The position numbers and the translations under genes are program-made. A DNA stretch of 63,949 nucleotides, counting the filler, from Dugesia japonica (Eukaryota), in NCBI GenBank assembly GCA_001938525.1. It is 5 parts of 5 records of this genome, joined end to end, with 100 filler letters (N's around TTAATTAATTAA, not from the genome) between each part and the next. Parts side by side here need not be neighbours in the genome. Positions count along the whole stretch, not along the records: positions 11,148 to 24,172 come from MQRL01614224.1; 4 more parts are not named here. One strand, written 5' to 3'. The notes beneath the pieces were generated by a model. It was not told the origin of the DNA. It worked only from the letters and a program-made list of their open reading frames with translations, and did not search any database. Below are positions 11,491 to 23,843 of the stretch, piece after piece. The first letter of the stretch is position 1, and the number at the start of each line of letters is the position of its first letter.

Positions 11491-11590
11491 TTGATCCGAT
11501 CAAAAAAAAAAGATCTGATCAAAAAAAATCTGATCCGATCAAAAAATATCTGATCCGATCAAAAATCAATCAGATCAAAAATCAATAATT
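11491..11590. repeat. TGATCCGATCAAAAA tandem repeat (~19-20 bp unit)
   Basis: About five visible units. Confidence 0.8.
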
Positions 11591-11660
11591 ATCGATTAAA
11601 AAATGCAGCTCAGCGTAATGTGTTTTCGAGCCCCCCCCTCGATAACTGCTTAAAAAGTGT

Positions 11661-11685
11661 TGCAGTGCGCTACTATCCCCCTACT
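11661..11685 (-). repeat. Putative Polinton terminus, reverse orientation (AGTAGGGGGATAGTAGCGCACTGCA)
   Basis: Inverted match to 10512-10536. Confidence 0.6.
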
Positions 11686-12299
11686 TTGGTAGAAAGGAAA
11701 AATTAAACTCTGAATAAAATTAAAAACAAGATTAAATTATTTCTGCAATTCACTAATAACAAAATTAATTTTTAATACTGAATGTTCTTTTTCTAAATCT
11801 AAATATGGAAGTTGGAAAAACAAAAGTACATGAATCACAGTGTTCCAGTTCCGTTCTCTATACTGGAAAGTAAAGAATAATAATTCAAATAATTTCATTA
11901 GCAAAACATGTTAAAGAGTCCATAGACTATATTACATAATTGAAAATAAAAATGAAAGAATTTTTTAATGAATATTTACAAAATTAAGTTCCTAGTTTAA
12001 GTTCATTTAAACAGAAGAAGTATGACTACGTTACATCGAATTGCTAGATTTTTGTCAAAGGATTTGAGTAAGCAATCACATAATACCGAGGCAGTGTTTA
12101 CTCATGATCAGTTTTACCGGAAGTACCTAGGCTTTGCTTTGTGGAGAAATATTTTAAGGTAATTTAAGTTAAACATCTATTAATGACTACAAAAAACTTA
12201 CAATATCTATATTATCATTGCACACGTTTAAACAGTTAATCTATGCTAATGGCATAACTACGACTTCTGCAAGTTATTTCGTCTAGTTTTTGCGTCGAT

Positions 12300-15260
12300 A
12301 TGTTTCATTTCATAAAGTTTGCATTGAAATTCTCAAGAAAGTGCATCTGGGTTTGCATGTAATTGTCCTTTTCGATACTGAATTTCAAAATTATACATAC
12401 TTAGTACATTAATCCAGGAGCAGTACTGTGATGTATTTTGTCTTTTTCAATTCAACATCCATGTTAAACTCTTATGGTTTGTGTAAATAGTAGATTTCTT
12501 CACCAATAAATAATGCTTGTATTTCTTCTCTATATATTAAACCGTCATGAATTCTATCCTGGTAATACAAAACATTTTTTTGCTTTCGAAGATTTCTTAG
12601 ATTCATAACTTATTACTTTTTCTTTGTTATCTTGAATTTAATTTAAAACTTTTCCCACAAAACTATTATCTGTATTCAATACAAAAATATTATTCTTATT
12701 TGAGAACGATAAAACTAGAGCGCTGGTCAGAGCATGTTTCAAACTTTCGAAAGATTCCTTATGAAAATTTTCCCATATTAAATCTACTTTTTTTCCGTTT
12801 CTCGTGATGTATGCATCTTTTAACAAATTTTCTAGAGGTATAACAATTTTGGCATATCTCCAAATAAATTTTCTGTGATAGTTGGAAAACCCTAGAAAAC
12901 TTGATAATTCTTCATTTGTTTTAAGAATACTCCAATTTTTAACCGCACCAATTTTTTCTATATCAGTTCTCATTTCTTTGCTAGATATTATGTGATCCAA
13001 ATCGTTTACTGAAGTTTTCAAAGAAACGCATTTCTTGGGAGATAAATTAACTTTCGACTGCCGTATCTTTCTCTAAAAATATCATCGAGATATATTAAGC
13101 ATTTATCGAAATTTTCTTCTTTGAAAACTAAATTTATTAATCTTTGAAAAGTTGTTGGTGCTCCACACAGTCCAAAAGACATGCAATTAAATTCATACAG
13201 ATCTTTTCATGTAGCAAAAGTTATTTTTCCTCTGTCTTTGTCACTTATTTCTACATTGTAATACCAACTAGGTAAATCAAGTGCACTAAAGAATCTTGAT
13301 CCTGAAAGTGTATAAAACAACTGCTGATTATCTGAAATAGGATGTATAGGTCTATTAGTAACTGAGTTTAATTTTCTAAAATCTATAAATAGCCTAATGT
13401 TTCAAGATTTCTTTTTGAACAACCACAATAGACGAAGACCACGGACTTGAACTCTTGCGTATTATTCCGTTTTATTCACGTTCTTTGATCATCTCGTCGA
13501 TTTTATTCTCTAAATGAAGAGGAGCTCTTTGTAATGGCTGAGTCATAGGTATAGGATCAATGGCATCTATTTAGTGTTTGAAAAATGGACAATAACCGAT
13601 ATCATAATTACATTGATTAAGTATATCTTTAAATTATGTTATTATCTTTATAACAGTATTCTTCGCATTTTTATCGATATCAGCTGAATGTCTGTTCATA
13701 AATGTGTCCATTATACATTGAATATGCCCCATCACGGCATGTTGATATATTCTATTAATATTCCCAATATTATCTTCTGCATTGTCTACAATCTCAATAC
13801 AACCTAATTTCGTATTTCTAAACATTTTAATATCTTTATTTTGGGCTTCGAGGTTTTTGTTATTAATATTTCCTTGTGGACACTTTATCTTGATTCTTTC
13901 TCTATAATCTCTTCTTATTTCCGCATTCGTTATCATAGCATTTTTTAGGGTTAGATATTCCGAATCCGGCAATAATTTGATGACGCCTCGCGCATGGCGA
14001 CATCTAACCCGAGTCCATGCGGAACTATGTGGTATCAGTCTATGAGTTTCCTTCTTTCTGCATGGCTTTAGTTTTTCTTTCTTGTTATTAGTTCAATCAT
14101 TTTCATTTAATCCAGACTAACTGATTTATCAAGAGGTTTTACGCAATTTCAGATCTATTTACAATTCACAATCACATCTAGGATGTATCCTTAATTGTTA
14201 ACACTTCGTATTTATTTTGTATTCTTACTATATCACGATTTTGAGAGCCTTGACTTAGACTATGAACGATTGCTATTGTATTAAACCTCGAATATATTTG
14301 TCCAACTTAATAATATTGTCTGGATAATTGATATTTCTTTTTGTTTTCTTCTGTCTTTCAGTTTTTCTTTCTTTGGAAACAATTTTGAAAAATTTATTAT
14401 TAGCTACAGATTCCTTTTCATAATCACATCTGGCCTCAACGCATTCAATATTCGAATTGTCATTAGTTTTTTCTAGTCTTCGAAAAGCTTTTTTCTGAAT
14501 ATTGGATCTTTTTGCTCCTTTGCAAAATTGAGATATATGTGCGGATTTGTTACAGTTCCTGCATAGCAATGGTTTGTTACAATTTCGAGCAATATGACCA
14601 TTTCCATTGCAATTATAACATTTTATTTCTTGTTTGATCTTTTGAACCACATCATTTGGAGAATCTGCTTCATGGTTTCTTTCCAAATACTTTATACGAT
14701 TTTCAAACTCAATTATTCTCTTTTCTAAGATTTCCATTTCTTGCCACTTTTCCGTGTTGATGTGATTGTTGATAATTCGCAATTTATCATTATAACGAGT
14801 TTAACTTCCTTTTTCATGAAATTAAAAGATTCTACAAGAGTGTTTAATTTCATAATTTCCGTGACTCTGGCAGCAAAACGTTTATTTACTCCTGTCAAAA
14901 ATATTGATGAGAGTTTTCTTCCTATTAAATTCATGATTTTCCGGCATTTCCCGAATTCAAGAAATAGCAGTTAGATACTGTCTAAGAGTCATATCTTTCT
15001 ATTTCAACGATAAAATATTAATTATTGGAGTTACCTTGGTTGACTTGATCTGATAAAATTCAATTAACTTTGTCTTAAGCCAATTGTAATTTGAATTGAT
15101 CCAAGTTCAAAAATGCTTCTTCTTCTAAGTTTTTCAATAGCTTCTCTTAAAGTTGTGTTGAATCTAACTTTTTGTTCTTCCACAAATTTTTCGAATTTGG
15201 TAGTATGAATAGAAATATTTTCTACGATTGTAACATTTTTGGAAAACGTTTTTTTTTTCA
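12300..15260 (-). mobile_element. Degenerate Ty3/Gypsy LTR retrotransposon (gag-RT-RNase H)
   Basis: gag knuckles CYNCNGNGHIARNC and CRNCNKSAHISQFC; RT ID.RKLN, F.ALDL.SWYYNV, MSFGLCGAPTTFQRL, LIYLDDI; SFLGFSNYHRKFI..YAKIVIPL; FVLNTD; many stops. LTRs not identified. Confidence 0.9.
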
Positions 15261-16269
15261 ATTATCCAGTCATTTTTCATTTTATTTTAGTTTGCTTCCT
15301 AAAAATTAATCAGAGTTCTGAATTTGATCTTCGGATTCTCTGTATTTTGTTACAATGAAATTAAAATAATTTCTTAATTTTCTGATTATTAAAACCACTT
15401 ATTTTCATAAGTTTATTTTTGTTATTCATTTTTTCCCTTGTTTTGAATAGATGATTTTTGATTAAAGCAAGTTATTTTGATTGCAATATTTTCTCATGGA
15501 AAATTTTACTTGGCTCATCTTGAAGTCCTTTGCTCTTGGAGCTTATGGGTTTTTGGGATTGTCTATTTTAAATTGGATATTTCTGAAATATTATGTTTCT
15601 GGATTTTATTTTTGAATTTTTTTGGCCGCAGAAATTTCTTTAAAAAGTTAATGCCGTTTTCGCATTTATTTTATAATTCGATTCATCTATTTTGTCAAGA
15701 ATTTATATCTACAGTTCGGTGTGATATATTTCTATTAGTAATATACTAATAATTGATTTTAAAATGTGTTAATCATACATAATTTGTTTTATTGTACGGA
15801 TTCTGTTGTTATTTTGTTACTATTATACTCTGGAATGTTTTACCGAAGTCTTTTATTTACACACTAATATTTACACCAGTTTACTATTGTTAGACTAGAT
15901 TTGAGAATTCATCGGATTATCAACATCGAAATTCAACTCCATAAAATTTGTTTCAAATAAAAACTATAACATCATTATTTGTTTTATCAAACAAATTATA
16001 ACCCGTGCTTTAATTGGAAATTATTTTCTAATAAATTAAAAATTTATTTTAAATACTTCGAAAATTTAAGAAAATAATCATCTGTTATCGAAATTTCATT
16101 TAAAACTTTCACAAACTTTTAAAACAAAACATCATTCGCCATATAAATATTTAATCTGACAAATTTTGGAAACAAAACATCATTCGCTATTAAAATAGTT
16201 AAAAAGTGTTGCGAGAAAATAATTTGGCGGAACATAGCATGTTAACTGTAAGAAGTTTTTGGAAATTGT

Positions 16270-16490
16270 GGATTTTTGCTACTTCTGATAGTATTTTTCT
16301 GTTTAAAGATGAATGATATAAACAAATTGATGGAGTTGCTCCTACTCTCACTTCATTGTTCCTTATGAATACCGAAAATGAGATTGATTTGTTTCCGGGA
16401 ATGAAACCATTAGTATATAAACGCTATACAGATAATACAATTTTTGTGTTTAATAATCAATCTAATGTAGAATCTTTTCTTAATAATATA
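16270..16490 (+). pseudogene. Penelope-like reverse transcriptase fragment
   Basis: FLFKDE*YKQIDGVA...VYKRYTDNTIFVF resembles PLE RT F.F....Y.QIDGVAMG and YKRYVDDTF. Confidence 0.6.
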
Positions 16491-17124
16491 ATGCGCGTTA
16501 TCTGAAGATTTTCAATATTAATAAAATTTTCATTATAAGTAAAAAGATCCAGAATATAAATAAAATGCAAGTTATGATTGGAAAATATAATAGAAAATAT
16601 TTTGTATTTTAATAAATTATTTTAATCCGTTTTAATTATTCAAAATTTTCCCAGCATGTATCACATTTATTTACTAGAATGACTTCACATCAAACGGAAT
16701 GGTTTTTACTTTGATAAGTTTTTAATATATAAAATTTGTTTCTTTCATCATTTCATTTTATTATTTTATCTTCAGTTTTCATAATTTTATTTGGGCAGTT
16801 CAATAAATTTTTATTTATTTCTATCAATAACAATCAAAGGTGTGGAGTCGCTATATTTTGTAACAACTCTGACTCCTCAAAGTTATTTTCTACTCCGACT
16901 ATGACTCCGATTCTAACTCATTGTTAAAAACATTAATTGCCGTGCTCACAAGTTGAAATGCATGCCATAACTAAAAGGTGTTAATATTATACAAATCACC
17001 AATAAATTTAAATGTTACAATATCTTTCGTCTCCCGAAAATACCCCTGTTATATCTTTTATTTTTTTAGCATTAAAGACAATTTGTAGAATATTAACACG
17101 TTTCAATTATGACATGCGTTTTAA

Positions 17125-17750
17125 ATTCTCACGAGAAAGGTTATTGTGTAACCAGAAAAGAAGTTTTAGTTAATCATTAATTTGTTATGCATTTTAAGCA
17201 TAATTCAATAGGAAAAAATTGTAAAATAAGAACTGACCATAAAGCTTTAACTTATATGAAGAAAACAAATGAATCAATTAGTCCACAATTTCAGACTTGG
17301 TTAGCTAATCTTTCTGAATTTAATTTTGATTTAGAATATCGCAAAGGAACGGATCACAGTAATGCTGATGAGCTGTCTAGAAACGCTGAGTACTCAATGT
17401 TCAAGTAAACACCATGATGGTAAAGGAAACAAATCGAAAGTTCGTTTTTTAAACAGTTTAAATGAAAAAGTTTTTTTTGTGTCATTTGGGAAGCAAAGTT
17501 AATATAATAAATTCAACAGATATACTTTTGACCTGATATGAGTAAAAGAATTCAACACAAAATTCAGAAATTTGAAATGTGTGCTACAAGAAAGGTCTAC
17601 AATGGGAGAACCAAAAAACTATTATTACCTAGAAAGGAATTTAAGCCATTGGTGCAAATTGCAATAGATGTGGCCTATTTTTCTTAAAATAATTGCTCGT
17701 TATTATTGATAGATTTAGTAAACTGGTTCGACTGATACCTCTTAGTAAAA
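17125..17750 (+). pseudogene. Ty3/Gypsy RNase H-integrase fragment
   Basis: YCVTRKE..HFKH..IGK..KIRTDHKAL....W...LSEFNFDLEYRKG..HSNADELSR; downstream C..RK, IAIDV, IIDRFSK. Confidence 0.8.
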
Positions 17751-18070
17751 TAATTTTCAATTTTATTATTTTATAGGTTTTGAAAAAATTTTAATACATT
17801 TTAAAATTGAAAACAAAAATTTGTTATATTTTTGAAAAGTTCTTTTTGGTTTCTTTGATTTTTATAAGTTTAAAATGGTAAAAAAATATTATAAAAAATT
17901 TCTACGAATATAAATAAATTTTTTATTGAAAAATTATTAAAATTTTTAAAATTAAGAATTATGATTATAGCTATTTTATATTCAGTATAATTGCTTGAAT
18001 TTTTGTTTAAATAATATAGACTGTATAAACTCATTTTTTCATTTTGATTATGGTGGCTGATTTGTCGAAA

Positions 18071-19350
18071 TATTATGTCTCAAAAGTCTTCGTATTTTAA
18101 TTTTATTATTTCAAAGTAATTTTTGTAATTGATTTAAATATCTTAATCTATATAATTATATATCATTTTGAAGACATTTAAATCCTTTATCAGACGGAAA
18201 ATTAATATATAATAAATAATTGTAAATTATTGTTTTAATTTATTTAGAAGAAATATGGATAAATTTGAAATTAGAGTACTTTTAAAACACTATTGGAAAC
18301 AAAATGTCAATGCAACTCAAATGGGCAAGAAAATATGTGAGGTGGAAGTGGCAGACTTTGTTTCCATTCGTGTTCCTCAAAATTGGTTCAAAAAATTTAA
18401 TCTGGGTCAGGATCACCTTCAAGACCAAGCACGACCCGGCAGACCTATAACAACAGATTTTGAATGTCTACGCAACGCATTGGAGGCTAATCCATCGACC
18501 AGCACTTCGAGAATATCTGACGAACTCGGTATTCCAAAGACATCAGTTTTTAGACATATTCGTTTAATCGGCAAGGTGAACAGATGCTCTCGAAAAATTC
18601 CACACGAATTGACTGAAAATCAAATAAAACAACGTTTGGAGGCGTGTCAAAAACTGCTTTCAAATCCTTCTGATGCCCGTTTTATACGCTGGATTGTGAC
18701 TTTGGATGAAAAATGGGTCTACTTAGATAACCCTAACAGACATAATCAATGGCTTGACTCCAGGCAATTGCCAAATCAGGTGCCAAAGAGAGATGGGTTC
18801 TCTAAAAAAGTATTCTTGTGCGTTTGGAGTAATTTCGACGGTGTTATCTATTTCGAAATTCTTGAAAACAATGGGGCCATTTACACAGACCTCTACTGCT
18901 CTCAACTAGACAGAATGTACACAAAATTTAAGGAAAAATATTCAGCATTGGTAAACCGAAAGAGAATACTTCTACAGCACGATAATGTCAAACCGCACAC
19001 TGATTAGGAAAACAATGGAAAAAATAAAGAAGCTGGATGAACTTTTACAACATCCGGCTTACAGCCCAGATCTCGCACCACCATACTATCATCTTTTCCG
19101 GTCTATGGCGCATTTTCTGCGAGGTTGATGTTTCAATAATTTGGGTGAGGTGCAAAATGGGTGCCAAGATTTTTCAGCTCCAAAGACAAGGGCTGGTATG
19201 AACGCGGGATACAGCAACTTGTCGATAGATGTATTTAAACCATTAATTAAAATGGTCTTTATTTTGAGACATAATATTTATTTGTTCTTCTTTTATTTAG
19301 TATATATTTATTGAATAAAAATACGAAAAGACTTATTGGACACCCTAATA
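18071..19350 (+). mobile_element. Mariner (DD34D) transposon, defective
   Basis: Transposase 18255-~19273 with R.GRP, IPHELT, IVTLDEKWVY, LLQHDNVKPH, then stop/frameshift and HPAYSPDLAPPYYHLF (third D replaced). Degenerate TIRs tattatgtctcaaaagtcttcgta / tacgaaaagacttattggacaccctaata, with TA ends. Confidence 0.93.
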
Positions 19351-19631
19351 TATAACAATAAAATTTTATTTTAAATGGCGTTATTTATTTTTTATATAAT
19401 AAAGATTGGAAATTAAGACCAATCGAAAATTAACCAATAATTCGTGGTTGGTTTTCATTTCTCACTCCAAATATATTCGGAAGTAATATATTGTAGCTTA
19501 TTTTTCATTTAAAAATAATTTCTTTTTTACACTGTCCGCAACTAGGTGTATAAATTCATCACCACTTCTTTCATTTTAATTAATTATTCTCTATTTATTA
19601 TATTTTTGTTGCTCTATAATTGTTTTGTACA

Positions 19632-22600
19632 CTAAGAGATTACTAATACTATTAATATAATTTCAAAAGAACTAACCTGTGCAAACACTCCGTGTCGTTT
19701 ATGTTCAATATCTATATAAGTTGAAAGAGGCTGAATTCCTAAATAAGTTTCAACATCTCCTTTTCCTTTCATAAATACACTTCCTCGGTATTCAAATAGA
19801 AAGTTGTTTCTTAAATAGTTTTCAACAATATCAGAAACTTGTATTCTTCCAGCAGGTGCAGTACTATACATTCTACTTGCAACATTAACCGTATCACCCC
19901 AAATATCATACAACGGTTTCGATGTACCGATAATTCCTGCAGTTACCGGACCAAAATTATATCCAATTTTCAAGTAGAAATTCTTGGTTCCAACAATATT
20001 TTCTTCATTGTAAAATGCTAATTGATTTAATAGATCAAATGAAAACAACATTAACTTATGCAAATGATCTTCTCGGTAGGCTTTTGATGAAACATTCAAT
20101 CCAGAAGCCATCATATAGCAATCATTAACTGTTTTTATTTTTTCTAATCCTTTATACAATGGATTTCTTAATAAATTATCAAATCCACAAATAATATTAT
20201 GCAAGACTTTCAGAGCATTTAAACCCCTCTTAAAATCTTCTCTATAATAACCAGAAAAGAAATTACTTACTGACGCAAATACCACTCCAGCATTTGGAAT
20301 AGTGTTTGCATAACTGAATTTCGTGTTGTTTTTGTCATCTGAACTTCCTGTAATTTGAAAGAAAACGTATTTCGGTATAATATTGTAAAGAAATTTTTCT
20401 GCTGTTTTTTTTTCTTTTTTAGCTTCATCATTAAGAATTTCAGCTTCTCTTGATGCATAAAAATAAATTCGAATGTTTTTTTCATTTTCTCTTGTTAAAT
20501 AATAAATTAATAAACAAATTTGTAGAAGTTGAAATGTATAAAAATACTGCAGTTTTTGAGTTCTTATTTGGACATTTATTACTAAATAATCAACGCAATT
20601 TGTGAATTTATAATCAATTGAATCTTGATTTGATTTCAATAAAATGTAGATAGATGCTCCTGTACACACAGCAGTAGATAATTGTTTGACAACGCTATAT
20701 GAAACGGTGAATATACAATTAGTGATTAGTGAAAAAAATGTTAAAGTAAAATATGAAACCGTGTATTCGTAATCAATATATAATCTTTCTTTATCATACA
20801 ATGTATGAACTAGAAGAGTCGGAAGTGCAGAAATATAAATTCCAATAAATAATCGTATTAAAGGATGACTGAATAGAATAAATAGTTTTTTAAATATCTC
20901 CGTTGGAATTTCGCTTTTATATACCAATGAGACCCAAGCAGATATCAAAGTAATAATAATTCCACTAATATAAATGAGAGCTGTACTTTTTGTTATGCCA
21001 GTACTTCCAATTAATAAAACATGTGCCGAAACCAAGAGAAACGTACTGTAAACTTGGCAGGCTATTGCATCGAACAGTGAAGCAAGCTTAACTGACCCAA
21101 AGTTAATTACTTTTAATTGGTCAACAATATGAAATTGATAATGTGATTCGATTTCTTCGTCGATAAATGTTAACGTAAATGTATTTATCGGTGGATTTTG
21201 AAAAAATTGAACGGTTTTTTCTGGATCACTTTGTAAATGCCTTATCAATTCCAAATCATTTTTCATTTTTTCATCTCTGATTTTAAAAGCAAGTGCAGAT
21301 TTATCAATACCAATTTGTGCTGATTGTTCTTTACTATCCTTTTCTACGTTTTTTCCAATGGTTTTCGATTCATCATTAAGATTTCTATTAAAATATTCAT
21401 CATATTCGGTTGCAGCTGACTCTACAAAATATGTCGATATAGGAACCATAGTTGGAGCGAATCCTTCAAGACCAAATTGTCGTTCTTTTTTAACCATTAA
21501 TTTTTCTCCCTCAACAAAAGTGTATGCATGGCAAACCAATTTGAATGTTTTCTCTGAAATATGAACTTTGCCGGGTTTTCCACTGGATTCTAAAGCATTT
21601 GCAATCGAAACATCATTTGAATAAACGTCAAATCTAAATCGAGAATTTCCAATAATTGCAGCAATAACTNNNNNNNNNNNNNNNNNNNNNNNNNNNNNNA
21701 CTTCTTCATTATGAGCTTTATTAAAAGCCAATATCATTTTACACATTCCTAATCCCATTTCTACACAACACAACGCATGATCAGATCTCGGTACTGGACA
21801 ACCTGAAACACAATAATAGCAATCGCCTAATGTAGCGATTTTTTCACAATTCATAATTTCTCCAAAATCATCAAAACGATTATATAAATCATTCAATAAA
21901 AACACTAACTGTTTAGCTGTTTTATTTGAACTCATTGCTGTAAATCCAACGATATCAGCAAATAAAATACTAACGTTTTTAAATTGTTTACAATAACCGA
22001 GATTGAACAAGTTTTTAGATCGAGTATTTTCGAGAAATTCTCCTCGAACCGCTGCTGGCATTATAGCTTCAATCCAATAGATTTGCACTTTAATAGCGGA
22101 ATCCATTTTCATTTTTGCTTGAGCATTCTGAGCTAATTTTAAAAATGCTGATTTACGTCGGATTGAATTAAATATTCTTAAATAAATGCCAGTTAAATAA
22201 ACCGTAAAGAACAAAATAAATTGCCCAAATAATAGTTGGTATTTATGTTTTATATCATGATTTGTATGTCGAACCATCGTTAATACATTACCAAATTCAG
22301 ATATATTATGTGATGTTTCGTCGTGAGTTTTCAATCGGTAATTAACTGATGATATGAATATTAAAATATAAACAATACTTAGCAACATAGTTATTAGAAA
22401 TCTTAAATGAAATAGTGTGTACATCATCAATATAACAGCAACCATCAATGAAAATCTAGCTTCCATCATTTCATCTCTATCTGACGCTAGTAAAACAGAA
22501 TAGCTCATACAAATAACAACCATTATTGATGCTAATGAAATCATAGTCGATGTTTTTTCTATATGAACTGTAAAACCGAAGAAACATATAAAAGTACAGA

Positions 22601-22814
22601 ATGCAATTAATGCCACAATTGGTTTGAATATCATATTTCTGTCAGCCATATGTGAAGAAATAATTTCACAACAAAAATAAAATATTAAAACTTTGGTTCC
22701 GTTTCTAATTGATTTAATATTGTGGACCGTCATAAGCATGTGGAAATATTCACTGAATGCAGTAGAGTTAAGACTAAGAACTTTTAAAATTCTGTGAATT
22801 TTATCTCTCAGCAT
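19632..22814 (-). CDS. Transmembrane adenylate cyclase, ADCY9-like
   Basis: Two hydrophobic TM clusters and two class III cyclase domains. C1: VSILFADIVGFT, EKIATLGDCYYCVSGCP. C2: EKIKT, YDIWGDTVNVASRMYST, KGKG. YYREDFKRG..KVL..I..FD resembles AC9. Possible terminal 45-nt intron 19676..19632 would give ...FAQCTKQL*. Confidence 0.93.
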   Translation of the reverse strand: MLRDKIHRILKVLSLNSTAFSEYFHMLMTVHNIKSIRNGTKVLIFYFCCEIISSHMADRNMIFKPIVALIAFCTFICFFGFTVHIEKTSTMISLASIMVVICMSYSVLLASDRDEMMEARFSLMVAVILMMYTLFHLRFLITMLLSIVYILIFISSVNYRLKTHDETSHNISEFGNVLTMVRHTNHDIKHKYQLLFGQFILFFTVYLTGIYLRIFNSIRRKSAFLKLAQNAQAKMKMDSAIKVQIYWIEAIMPAAVRGEFLENTRSKNLFNLGYCKQFKNVSILFADIVGFTAMSSNKTAKQLVFLLNDLYNRFDDFGEIMNCEKIATLGDCYYCVSGCPVPRSDHALCCVEMGLGMCKMILAFNKAHNEEXXXXXXXXXXXVIAAIIGNSRFRFDVYSNDVSIANALESSGKPGKVHISEKTFKLVCHAYTFVEGEKLMVKKERQFGLEGFAPTMVPISTYFVESAATEYDEYFNRNLNDESKTIGKNVEKDSKEQSAQIGIDKSALAFKIRDEKMKNDLELIRHLQSDPEKTVQFFQNPPINTFTLTFIDEEIESHYQFHIVDQLKVINFGSVKLASLFDAIACQVYSTFLLVSAHVLLIGSTGITKSTALIYISGIIITLISAWVSLVYKSEIPTEIFKKLFILFSHPLIRLFIGIYISALPTLLVHTLYDKERLYIDYEYTVSYFTLTFFSLITNCIFTVSYSVVKQLSTAVCTGASIYILLKSNQDSIDYKFTNCVDYLVINVQIRTQKLQYFYTFQLLQICLLIYYLTRENEKNIRIYFYASREAEILNDEAKKEKKTAEKFLYNIIPKYVFFQITGSSDDKNNTKFSYANTIPNAGVVFASVSNFFSGYYREDFKRGLNALKVLHNIICGFDNLLRNPLYKGLEKIKTVNDCYMMASGLNVSSKAYREDHLHKLMLFSFDLLNQLAFYNEENIVGTKNFYLKIGYNFGPVTAGIIGTSKPLYDIWGDTVNVASRMYSTAPAGRIQVSDIVENYLRNNFLFEYRGSVFMKGKGDVETYLGIQPLSTYIDIEHKRHGVFAQVSSFEIILIVLVIS

Positions 22815-23818
22815 TTTGAATTAATTGTATTAAATTTATTTCTTACGGTATTGATTATTTATTGGTATAATAAATAATAGTTATCAGTATATTTGTGGAT
22901 TATAATTCAAAATTGATTTATTTTGCTTCAAAATTATTTTATTAACCCGTTTGAATCTAGCGTTTTTTAAAAAGTCTTTAAAATAACGCCAGGTATAAAA
23001 TATTTATTGTTTTTTTTGTAAAATATAATCCTACTGTATTTTTAAAAGCTGCTAAATTACGATAATTACCAGTAAATATTAAAATTTTCTTGCTTAATTA
23101 TTTTAGCATGACAAACAATATCTTTAAAAAGTTACTTATTTTTTTCAAAAATGGATTCGAGGAACAATTAATTACAATTATATATAAGGATATTAATTAT
23201 TACGATTGAATATTGCTAAATAATTCTGTTTGTCTACTCAAATCACAATTATACATATTAATGCAATAATAAATATGATTATTAAACAGCCTTCTAACAT
23301 GGCAACCATGACAGGACATGATAGATTTGCTTCTTTCCATTACAAAAACCTTCGATATTGTAGACCAAGAAGAATATTAAAATTTGATAGACTCACAATG
23401 ACTCGAGGTCCTATTCAAATAATATATCTCAAGGCATTTCTTTTTTCAGATGTTGTGAAAGATATGAATTTGTAGATGATTTAATTGAAGATGATCTCCA
23501 AAGATACAAAAACTGCTTTTAAGAACTTGCGAAGATTTATTAGCTGAATTAAATTATAGCAAAGGAATTGAATCAATAAATTCGTTGTACACAAAAAATT
23601 TAGCGGATAGTATAATCAGGTGCAATTTAACAAAGGAAAATCTATTGAGTTTTTTTTTGAAAAATGCTGTTGAAGATATGGACATTTGAAAAAAATAAAA
23701 ATTAGTAAATCGACAACAAATAAAAGAAAATATTACTAATGTTAAAAGACTGTTTAATTACCATAATATTTATTAATAAAAATTTAGAAAAGGAGGAATA
23801 AATATATATGTAATTATG

Positions 23819-23843
23819 AGTAGATATATAGTAGCGCCCTGCA
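23819..23843 (+). repeat. Putative Polinton terminus copy (AGTAGATATATAGTAGCGCCCTGCA)
   Basis: Matches consensus AGTAGnnnnATAGTAGCGCACTG; the contig breaks ~330 nt inside. Confidence 0.55.

Noticed and set aside
11277-11522. Phe-rich 81-aa ORF
   Set aside because: Product of A-tract tandem repeats
11148-11600. CRISPR-like array
   Set aside because: Repeats are tandem without unique spacers, there are no cas genes, and the context is eukaryotic
10512-11685. A single complete 1.2-kb MITE defined by the inverted termini
   Set aside because: Spans an artificial linker, has no TSD, and similarity is limited to 25 nt; kept only as separate termini
3135-17750. Alternative genetic code or stop readthrough explaining the many in-frame stops
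   Set aside because: All three stop types plus frameshifts occur only in TE remnants; host genes (PPIE, COQ10, cyclase) translate cleanly with the standard code
19839-21564. Short ORFs overlapping the adenylate cyclase (likewise 41906-42091, 58782-59548, 7852-8262, 18723-18905)
   Set aside because: Antisense or alternative-frame shadows of real genes with no motifs
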